From Piromyces finnis finn (lineage: Eukaryota; Fungi; Neocallimastigomycota), in the NCBI GenBank assembly GCA_002104945.1, contig MCFH01000001.1:1-64000 (forward strand): 64,000 nucleotides of DNA, in the 5' to 3' direction. Position 1 is the stretch's first letter. Each line of letters opens with the position of its first letter. The translations under genes were made by a program, and so were the position numbers. Positions 1 through 8,555 of the stretch are shown in pieces. The notes beneath the pieces were generated by a model. The model had not been told where the DNA came from. It saw nothing but the letters and a program-made list of their open reading frames with translations, and did not search any database.

Positions 1-473
1 AAATAATTAAATAAGAATTAATTTATACAAAAAATAATTATTAATTCTTACATAACTAAATTGTCTTAGTGGTTAGTAGCTAAGACTTTGAGTCTGAATG
101 ACACTAGTTCGAGACCTCATAGATACTATTTTAAAAAAATTATAATTTTATTTTATTTTATTTTATTTTTAAATTTTATTTTATATGAAGATTATTGATT
201 GGTTAAGAATTTTAAGTTGAAAAAATTTTATAAATTAATTTAAAAAATTTTTAGTATAAATACGAGTGAATTTTCCCAAATATTTTAAAGAATCGAGATT
301 TTATTAATAAATAATTATATTATTAAACACTAACTTATTAAGTTAAATTCTATGTGTTTTTAATGATATTTTTATAAATTAATAATTTACAGAATATTTT
401 AAAGTGTTAATATTACTAAGTTATTTAGTAAATATTATAATTTGTTTTATTGTTAAAGACACATTTCTTTACA
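1..473 (+). repeat. Distal part of an H-family LTR (start lies left of the window), inserted in the leader of element B
   Basis: Collinear and clearly similar to 48830-49244. Both end in CACATTTCTTTACA. Here it is followed by AATAT rather than a self-complementary PBS, so it is probably a 3' or solo LTR. Confidence 0.8.
62..118 (+). other. Degenerate tRNA-Gln(UUG)-like module within the H LTR; second copy at 48843-48898
   Basis: A-box-like TAGTGGTTAG, anticodon-loop-like GACTTTGA and B-box-like GTTCGAGAC at tRNA-like spacing. No intact acceptor stem, so not a functional tRNA. Confidence 0.5.
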
Positions 474-682
474 AATATCACCATTCTAACCCACTGTTAG
501 AATAAAGTATTTATTAGTGAGGGCCCGAAGTGGAGGTCGAAAACTAAACTTGATAAATAAAATATATTAAATAATTAGTTTGTTATATTATTTTCAGTTA
601 AATAAGTAAAAAAAAAAAAGAAAAAAAAAATTTTTGTTTACTCATTAATACCTAACCCTTTAAATTTCAGTAAATTTTTGCT

Positions 683-1630
683 ATGGCTAATAGATCTTCG
701 TATTATAGACTTCCTATCTTGGACAAAACCCATTGCAACGAAGATGTGTGGAAACGTCAGATGGAAGCATGGTTTTCTAGAGAAGGCATTGTTGATGAGA
801 ATGAAAAGTTCGATACTATTGTCGGTTGTATCGATTTCCCAGAAATTGTTGATGAACTAATTAGGTTTGAACGCATGTGGAACAGGCCACCCTCTTTGGA
901 TGAATGTATGCCATCAATTAGGAATAGGTTAGCCTATTGGAACAACAAACAGGATGGTTTTCGTCGATTAAAGATTATGGTCATTCGTCCTGGAGAAACA
1001 GTGGATGAATTCAATAATAGGTTTTTGGACCTTTACCATTCTTTGGATGCGGAATATCGCCCCAGAGTTTCTGTGTACGACTATATGCATGCTATCCGTA
1101 GTCGTCCAGAATTACAACATGCCCTCACCATTCGCGAGCCCGCAACTATTGATGAGGCTTGCCAAACTGCAAAGAACCACGAATACTGGAAAGAATACGC
1201 CTCTTATTCCAGTAGCTTTACTCCTGGTTATAATCCTCATGGTGCTTATACACCACAGTATCGTCCGATGGATAGTCATTATTCCAATCCTAACCCTTAT
1301 TCTTATTGATATTCCAATAATTCCAGTTACAATTATCCTTCAACACCGGTTGCTCCTGTCCAGGCTCCTGGACCTAGTTACTCAGATCCTTATTTCAACA
1401 ACAGGCCTCCTGCACCAATGGGTGATGGTTATGCCACTTATCATCAATCTGAATATTACACTCCTTATCCTACTTATAATCCTCCAAATCAGTATCAAAA
1501 CAGGTATAATTCATTTTACACTCAGCCTAGGAATACCCCTCATGCGTCTGGTAACTTTTCCCAAAAAGTGTGTTATCGCTGCCATCGACCAGGACACCTC
1601 CAAAAAGACTGTGGTCGTTTAAATCACTAA
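683..1630 (+). pseudogene. gag: Gag of element B with one in-frame TGA (1307-1309) and a C-terminal CCHC zinc knuckle
   Basis: ORFs 683-1309 and 1418-1630 are in the same frame with only one stop between them; CYRCHRPGHLQKDC knuckle; Tyr/Pro/Asn/Ser-rich linker. Confidence 0.85.
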
Positions 1631-1666
1631 ATGGAGGTCGATCCACCTCCAGTAACCAAATGGGTC
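1618..1666 (+). promoter_or_regulatory. Predicted -1 ribosomal frameshift signal (slippery heptamer plus pseudoknot)
   Basis: T TTA AAT at 1618-1624 in the gag frame; 7-nt spacer; stem TGGAGGT/ACCTCCA (1632-1638/1645-1651); loop GATCC can pair with GGGTC (1662-1666). The pol ORF 1570-1881 is in the -1 frame. Confidence 0.7.
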
Positions 1667-1863
1667 ACTCACCATCGGAATCTACGGTCAAAAAGGATAT
1701 AATTGATGTAGCTAAAAGGAAATTAGACCCTACAGATGAGGAGGAATCAGCTCAAACGAAGAGACGCAACTCGCTCACCTCCTCGAATTCTGATACTACT
1801 ACTCCTCCTACATCTCCGGTGAGCTCACAACCATCTCAGGCACGCCCCCAGGCGAATCTTCCC

Positions 1864-2698
1864 TGTAAAATATTGTATTAATAGAATAATGTATTTAATA
1901 CGTATTTAAAATAATGTACAATGTATTGAATTAATGTACCGTAAATCTTTACAAAATTTATATCACAATACATTAACATAAATCTATGTGAAATCTAAAG
2001 TTACGATAAAATAATGTATTACAATACATTAACATAAATTTATGTAAATTTAATTTTATGATAAGATAAAGTTTTTGATGATAGAATAAAATTTTAAATT
2101 AAATAAATTTTAACCAATAAATATTTTAGATAATAAAAAATTTTTTTTATAAACTAAGCCTCAAAATTAGAAATAAATAAATTGAATATATGTTTGAAAT
2201 ATAATCAACCATATAGTAAATAAATCAAAACTTTATTTTAAGTTTAGAAAATTCTTTAGTAAATAAATTGAATTTAAATAGTTTAATACAAATAATTTCT
2301 TTTAATAAATGTATAAATATAAACAATGTAAAATTATAATATTAAAACATGTATATTAGAATTTATTCAATTTATTTAAAAAGTATAAATAAAGAAAATT
2401 TTTCAACTATTGAAACGATAGTTGGAAAATCGTATAGGTTAATTTTGTTTAGATAAATTAACATTAGTTTATAATTAGTTTATAGTTTAGATTAATAATT
2501 TTAGTTTTAAATAAATATAAATTGATTACCTAGTGAGGGCTCTGGTAAAATATCCTTCACGGTAAAGTAATCAACGGTTGTTTAGTTAGTATAGTTTTAA
2601 AAATAAATAAATAAATAAATAAAAATTATTATTAAAAATAATTAGTTTAATTGTTAGTTTAGTGTTGTATACAAACCTGAACTTTAGAATATTTTACA
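1864..2698 (+). repeat. 5' LTR of element A
   Basis: Direct repeat of 7721-8555; TATAAAT at 2384-2390; GC-richer hairpin at 2522-2574. Confidence 0.97.
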
Positions 2699-2709
2699 AT
2701 TTTCCAACT
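2699..2709 (+). promoter_or_regulatory. Self-complementary (Tf1-type) primer-binding site of A
   Basis: ATTTTCCAACT is the exact reverse complement of AGTTGGAAAAT at 2420-2430 in the LTR, 30 nt after the TATA box. No TGG tRNA-type PBS. Confidence 0.8.
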
Positions 2710-2757
2710 TATTAGAATAGGAAGTTCACCTTTGTATACGAATAGTAATAGAAAATA

Positions 2758-2797
<40 letters not shown>

Positions 2798-2851
2798 TAT
2801 AGTGAGAATTTAATAATAGAATTAAATTCGGGGATTATATAAAATATATTA

Positions 2852-2887
<36 letters not shown>

Positions 2888-3140
2888 TTTGTTAGAAATT
2901 AATTTTAGTTAATTTCGGGGTATTTTATAATTATTTGGTATAGAATAATTTGTTGTTAAAATAGTTTAATAGTTAATAATCAATAAATAGTAATAATAAA
3001 AATATATTAGTTTGGTTAATAACTAGTTGTTAGTTTAGTAGTAGTAAATAATAAAAAGGTTAGTATAGTATAATAATAAGGTTGTTAAATTATTTATTTA
3101 ATATAAGAATATAAGAATAAAATAATTAGGAATAGTCAAG

Positions 3141-6100
3141 TTGAATAGTATAAATAATTGGGATATTAAATATTGGTTGACTATTTGTTGTTTATTAAGT
3201 AGTAATATGAATACTAGATATAGAATGTTAGACAACCGTGACGATGGAATAGCTGGAGCCAGTGACGCAGGCTCTGAGGCGAGTTCCATGATGGACATTG
3301 AGGATGAGACTGGTAAAAGCGTTAACACCAGGGGAAGACTCATCCCAAAACCTCCAAGATTTTCAGGAAAAAGAAGTGAACTTCTTTACTTCCTGGCAAG
3401 ATTGGAGAAATATTTCAAATATAACTTAGAAGAAGATGCTACCAACGCCTACAAGCTGGATATCTTGGGATGCTACCTGGAAGGAACCGCCGCCGAATGG
3501 TTTGCCGACTTGGAAAGAGAAGAAAGCCCCCTGTTGAACTCCTATGAAGATTTTATTGAGGCAATGAAGGCTCGCTATAAAACCTGTAACAGTGCCGATG
3601 TAGCCAACAGTCGACTTGCAAAATTGAAGTCAAGTCAATTCAAGAACGTCATGGACTACTGCGAAGAATTTGAAAAGATGGCTAGAGACTCGTCTTTTAA
3701 CGATGAAGCGAAAATCCATTTCTTTATGGAAGGTTTACCAACTTCAGTCAAGGAAAAAGCTAAGCTCCTTTACCCAAGAATTAGGAAGTTAACTGAGTTA
3801 ATTAATGTCGTTGCTGCCAATGTAGAATTAGAATGGAAAGTCTTTGGAAAAGATCCTATGGATGTCGACAGAAAGAAGAACCGAAGATATAACAGAGACT
3901 TAGGATCAAGGTACCTCTCTTATGGTGTAAAATATAGAAATTATGTAGACCAAGAAAGCCCCACTACCTCAGCTAAGCCTAGAAAATGTTTCTTCTGCAA
4001 AAGGACTGGACATATTAAGAAGGATTGTCCTCAACTTAAGGATAAGGTTATAAATAGACCAAAAGCATTCATGGCTACTACCGCTGGAAGAAGAATGTTA
4101 AATGTTTACGATATTCTGTTACAAGTTAATAATGGTGTTTATCTTAAGGCTCTTGTGGATTCTGGTTCGGACTTGGACTTTTTGGATTGGAAGGCCGTTG
4201 ATAAGTACAAGATTCCATTCCAAAGAATGTTTAAGGATAAATATGTTGAAGGTATAGGTGGTAATGGATTTTTGAAGTATGAAACAATTCCTTTGATAAT
4301 GAATATCAAGAATCATAAGGAATCCATTCAATTCTACCTTACCGATCTTCCTTCTGGTATTTCTGTTATTTTGGGTAAGAATTGGTTAAGAAAACATGAT
4401 CCTACAATTAGCTTCAAGGATCAAACTCTAGAATTTAAGTCCAAATTCTGTTCTTTAAATTGCTGTGCTACTCCAGAAGAAATGGAAAAAAGAAGCAAAG
4501 AAGAAGAATTGTCCAAGGAAGAAGAAAGAAGAAAAGAAAAGGAACTAGTACAGGAAATACTCAATAATTATAAAAATAGTTTAAAAATTAGAGATAGTGA
4601 AATTACGAATAAAGAAAATATAAAAATTATAGATAAAAATAAGAATTCATGTATTAAAAAGAAATATAGTAAAAACTTAAAATTAAATAAAAAGAATGCT
4701 CAAAAGTATATTGTATGTAGTGTTATTTCAAATGAAGGAAATAAAGGTGAAGATGTTGAAGAAAGTGTTGTAGAAATTCCTGATGTATATAAGGAATTTG
4801 AAAGTGTATTTGATGAAGTTGAGTGTAATGAACTACCTCCACATCGAATATACGATTGTAAAATAAGATTGAAAGATAAAGATAACTTATTTTATGGTCC
4901 GTTATACCCTTTGACAGAAGAAGAAAGGAATACGTTAAGGGAGTATATTTCTGAAAATTTAGAAAAAGGATTTATTAGACCGTCTACTTCACCTGCCGGA
5001 GCACCTGTGTTGTTCGTTAGGAAAAAGGATGGGACTTTAAGATTGTGTGTTGACTACCGAAGACTCAATGAAAACACAATCAGGGATTCATATCCATTAC
5101 CTCTCATATCTGAATTATTCGATAGATTAAGAGAAGCAAAAGTCTTTACTAAACTTGATCTCAAGTCTGCTTATAATCTAGTTCGAATAAATGAAGGTGA
5201 TGAATATAAAACTGCATTTAGGACAAGATTTGGTCACTTTGAATATCTTGTCATGCCGTTTGGGTTGAAAAACGCTCCTGCAACTTTCCAACATTTTATC
5301 AATGATGTTCTCGGGGAATACTTGGATGAATTCGCTTTTTCTTATATTGATGATATTCTTATCTATTCGAAAAACTTAGAAGAACATCGAAAGCACGTAA
5401 AGAAAGTTCTTCAAAGATTAAAAGAAAATGGTTTATATGCAAAACTTAGTAAATGCGAATTTGAAACTTCAGAAACTACTTTCTTAGGGCATGTTATCTC
5501 AGATAAAGGAATCTCTATGGATCCAAAGAAGGTTAAAGCTATTATGGAATGGCCTGTACCAACATCTGTTAAAGAAGTGCAATCATTTATCGGATTATGT
5601 AATTATTATAGAAGATTTATTCCAAACTTTGCTGGTATTGCTAAACCGTTACATAATCTAACAAAGAAAGATGTTAAATTTCATTGGTCAAAAGAATGTA
5701 ATGAAGCTTTTTGTACTTTAAAGAAATTCTTTACCGAAGAACCAATTTTAATTCATGCTGATCCTGAATTACCTTTTGTGGTTGAGACAGATGCAAGTAA
5801 TTTTGCAATCGGTGCTGTATTGTCTCAAAGGTTACCGAATAATAATGAACTTCATCCAATTTGTTATTATTCAAGGGGATTGACTAAATCGGAAAAGAAT
5901 TATCCTATTTATGATAAGGAACTTTTGGCTGTTATTGAAGCTTTGAAACAATGGAGACACTACTTAGAAGGAGCCAAGCATCAATTTATGATCTATACGG
6001 ATCATAAAAATCTTACCTTTCCTAGAAAGCCTGAACTATTGTCGCAAAGACAAATTCGCTGGAATTTGTTTTTGACCCGTTATGATTTCAAAATACAATA

Positions 6101-7709
6101 TAGACCGGGTAAAGAAGGTGGAAAACCTGATGCTTTTTCAAGACGTCCTGATTATGAAGAAGATAAAAGTAATAAAGAAGACGAAGAAGCCTATTCTTGC
6201 TTGACAGTTAAAGAAATCGAAGATACTTTATGTCTTGTGTCTATTCAAGGGAATCTCAAAGAAGATTTAATTAAAGAAATTAAAGAAGATGAAGAAATTA
6301 AGGAGTTAATAAATATTCTACAAGGAAAATCTACCGCAAGTAAGAAGTATAAGAAGTTAATGAAGAATTTTAAGTTAAGCGAAGAAGGAATTCTTTTGTA
6401 TAAAAGTTTAATTTATGCACCAAAGAAAATGAGAGATATAATAATCTCAATGCATCATGACAATCCAATTCATGGTCATTTTGGTATTATTAAAACAAAA
6501 GAATTAATTACAAGAAACTTTGTTTGGATAAACATGACTCAAGATATAGTTAAGTTTATTGCTTCTTGTAAAGTTTGTGGAGCTGCTAAGGTTGATCGTC
6601 ATAGACCTTATGGACTTTTACAGCCGCTACCAACTCCTGAAAGACCGTGGTCTTCTGTTTCTATGGATTTTATAACTGATTTGCCAAAGTCAAAGGAAAA
6701 AACAGTTATAATGGTTGTTGTGGATAGATTAACGAAGATGGCCCACTTTATTCCGTTTAGAATGATTCCTACTGCTCAAATTGCTGCTGATGTTTTCTTT
6801 AGAGAAGTTTTTCGTTTACATGGTCTACCTGATGAAATAATATCGGATCGAGGAACCCAGTTTACTTCAGAATTTTGGCAAAGATTATGCACTTTGTTGA
6901 ACATAAAGCACAATATCTCGAGTGCTCATCATCCTCAAACAGACGGGCAGACTGAACGTGTAAATAGTATTTTAGAACAATTTCTTAGATGTTATATTAA
7001 CAAAAGAAAAGATAACTGGATGAACCTTTTGCCTTATGCTGAATTTGCGTATAATAATACACTTCAGCAATCCATAAATCAAACACCATTCTTTGCAAAT
7101 TATGGGCAAAATCCAAGATTTAGTACCGAAATTCCTGCTGATAGCGACAATAGAAGAGCTAACAGGCACGCCTCTCAGATGCAAGATAATATTAAATTTT
7201 TAAAGAAGAACTTAGAAAAAGCCAAGAAAAGATATAAGAAGTATGCTGATTGTATTAGACTTATTGGACCTAAGTTAAAGGTTGGTGACTTAGTTTGGTT
7301 AAAGCGTCCTGACTTACTTCCTAAAGGACCTCCAAAATTAACAAATAAGAAACTTGGACCATTTAAGATTATTGAAAAAACAGGACCCGTTTCTTATAAA
7401 TTGGAACTACCAGAAAGTTTAAGATGTCATCCCGTTTTCCATATTTCGAACTTAGAACCTTATGTTGAAAGAGAAGTTGAAGTGAATGAATCAACTTCTA
7501 GAATTCCAAACATTGCTACCGATTCTGCTGAAGGAAGAATTCCATTGAAGATAGTTAGTGAAAAAGTTATTAATGGAACTAAGTACTACTTTATGGTTTG
7601 GAAAAACTTATTACCTTCAGAAAGTACATGGCTTAAAGAAGATGAAATCGATGACCCTCAATTGATCCAGGAATACCTTAAATATAAGTCGCTCAGGGGC
7701 TCGACTTAA
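3141..7709 (+). CDS. pol: Single-frame Gag-Pol polyprotein (Gag, CCHC knuckle, aspartic protease, RT, RNase H, integrase, GPY/F, chromodomain-like tail)
   Basis: CFFCKRTGHIKKDC; LVDSGS; YIDD; VETDAS/DKELLAV; H..H..C..C; SMDF, ISDRG, QTERVN; KLGPF; YFMVWKN..ESTW. No stops in 1522 aa. The true start may be a later Met (MNTRY, about 3207). Confidence 0.96.
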   Translation: MNSINNWDIKYWLTICCLLSSNMNTRYRMLDNRDDGIAGASDAGSEASSMMDIEDETGKSVNTRGRLIPKPPRFSGKRSELLYFLARLEKYFKYNLEEDATNAYKLDILGCYLEGTAAEWFADLEREESPLLNSYEDFIEAMKARYKTCNSADVANSRLAKLKSSQFKNVMDYCEEFEKMARDSSFNDEAKIHFFMEGLPTSVKEKAKLLYPRIRKLTELINVVAANVELEWKVFGKDPMDVDRKKNRRYNRDLGSRYLSYGVKYRNYVDQESPTTSAKPRKCFFCKRTGHIKKDCPQLKDKVINRPKAFMATTAGRRMLNVYDILLQVNNGVYLKALVDSGSDLDFLDWKAVDKYKIPFQRMFKDKYVEGIGGNGFLKYETIPLIMNIKNHKESIQFYLTDLPSGISVILGKNWLRKHDPTISFKDQTLEFKSKFCSLNCCATPEEMEKRSKEEELSKEEERRKEKELVQEILNNYKNSLKIRDSEITNKENIKIIDKNKNSCIKKKYSKNLKLNKKNAQKYIVCSVISNEGNKGEDVEESVVEIPDVYKEFESVFDEVECNELPPHRIYDCKIRLKDKDNLFYGPLYPLTEEERNTLREYISENLEKGFIRPSTSPAGAPVLFVRKKDGTLRLCVDYRRLNENTIRDSYPLPLISELFDRLREAKVFTKLDLKSAYNLVRINEGDEYKTAFRTRFGHFEYLVMPFGLKNAPATFQHFINDVLGEYLDEFAFSYIDDILIYSKNLEEHRKHVKKVLQRLKENGLYAKLSKCEFETSETTFLGHVISDKGISMDPKKVKAIMEWPVPTSVKEVQSFIGLCNYYRRFIPNFAGIAKPLHNLTKKDVKFHWSKECNEAFCTLKKFFTEEPILIHADPELPFVVETDASNFAIGAVLSQRLPNNNELHPICYYSRGLTKSEKNYPIYDKELLAVIEALKQWRHYLEGAKHQFMIYTDHKNLTFPRKPELLSQRQIRWNLFLTRYDFKIQYRPGKEGGKPDAFSRRPDYEEDKSNKEDEEAYSCLTVKEIEDTLCLVSIQGNLKEDLIKEIKEDEEIKELINILQGKSTASKKYKKLMKNFKLSEEGILLYKSLIYAPKKMRDIIISMHHDNPIHGHFGIIKTKELITRNFVWINMTQDIVKFIASCKVCGAAKVDRHRPYGLLQPLPTPERPWSSVSMDFITDLPKSKEKTVIMVVVDRLTKMAHFIPFRMIPTAQIAADVFFREVFRLHGLPDEIISDRGTQFTSEFWQRLCTLLNIKHNISSAHHPQTDGQTERVNSILEQFLRCYINKRKDNWMNLLPYAEFAYNNTLQQSINQTPFFANYGQNPRFSTEIPADSDNRRANRHASQMQDNIKFLKKNLEKAKKRYKKYADCIRLIGPKLKVGDLVWLKRPDLLPKGPPKLTNKKLGPFKIIEKTGPVSYKLELPESLRCHPVFHISNLEPYVEREVEVNESTSRIPNIATDSAEGRIPLKIVSEKVINGTKYYFMVWKNLLPSESTWLKEDEIDDPQLIQEYLKYKSLRGST

Positions 7710-7720
7710 GAAGAGGGGCA

Positions 7721-8555
7721 TGTAAAATATTGTATTAATAGAATAATGTATTTAATACGTATTTAAAATAATGTACAATGTATTGAATTAATGTACCGTA
7801 AATCTTTACAAAATTTATATCACAATACATTAACATAAATCTATGTGAAATCTAAAGTTACGATAAAATAATGTATTACAATACATTAACATAAATTTAT
7901 GTAAATTTAATTTTATGATAAGATAAAGTTTTTGATGATAGAATAAAATTTTAAATTAAATAAATTTTAACCAATAAATATTTTAGATAATAAAAAATTT
8001 TTTTTATAAACTAAGCCTCAAAATTAGAAATAAATAAATTGAATATATGTTTGAAATATAATCAACCATATAGTAAATAAATCAAAACTTTATTTTAAGT
8101 TTAGAAAATTCTTTAGTAAATAAATTGAATTTAAATAGTTTAATACAAATAATTTCTTTTAATAAATGTATAAATATAAACAATGTAAAATTATAATATT
8201 AAAACATGTATATTAGAATTTATTCAATTTATTTAAAAAGTATAAATAAAGAAAATTTTTCAACTATTGAAACGATAGTTGGAAAATCGTATAGGTTAAT
8301 TTTGTTTAGATAAATTAACATTAGTTTATAATTAGTTTATAGTTTAGATTAATAATTTTAGTTTTAAATAAATATAAATTGATTACCTAGTGAGGGCTCT
8401 GGTAAAATATCCTTCACGGTAAAGTAATCAACGGTTGTTTAGTTAGTATAGTTTTAAAAATAAATAAATAAATAAATAAAAATTATTATTAAAAATAATT
8501 AGTTTAATTGTTAGTTTAGTGTTGTATACAAACCTGAACTTTAGAATATTTTACA
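7721..8555 (+). repeat. 3' LTR of element A
   Basis: Follows the PPT; direct repeat of 1864-2698; followed by TSD TTCCC. Confidence 0.97.

Larger units (their letters stand above)
1864..8555 (+). mobile_element. Complete, apparently intact Ty3/Gypsy chromovirus (family A)
   Basis: 835-bp LTRs at 1864-2698 and 7721-8555, TGTAAAA...TTTTACA, no difference noticed by eye. TSD TTCCC (1859-1863, 8556-8560). PPT AAGAAGAGGGG at 7708-7718. Removing it restores the pol frame of B (..NLP|SSKNFQ..). Confidence 0.97.

Noticed and set aside
516-525. 10-mer TAGTGAGGGC shared between the B leader and the A LTR hairpin
   Set aside because: Similarity does not extend and the structural contexts differ, so chance cannot be excluded.
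1307-1309. In-frame TGA in B gag as programmed readthrough
   Set aside because: Single copy, no known readthrough context, and the element has other inactivating lesions. A point mutation is simpler.
1005-1622. Overlapping or antisense ORFs (for example 1005-1622, 11051-11365, 14045-14308, 21900-22214, 28927-29538, 31711-31968)
   Set aside because: Shadow frames of low-complexity or biased gag/pol sequence with no recognisable motifs.
2763-2883. Long poly(A) tracts as retroposed tails
   Set aside because: They are internal to the A leader without TSDs, and homopolymer runs are common in this AT-rich DNA and unreliable in length.
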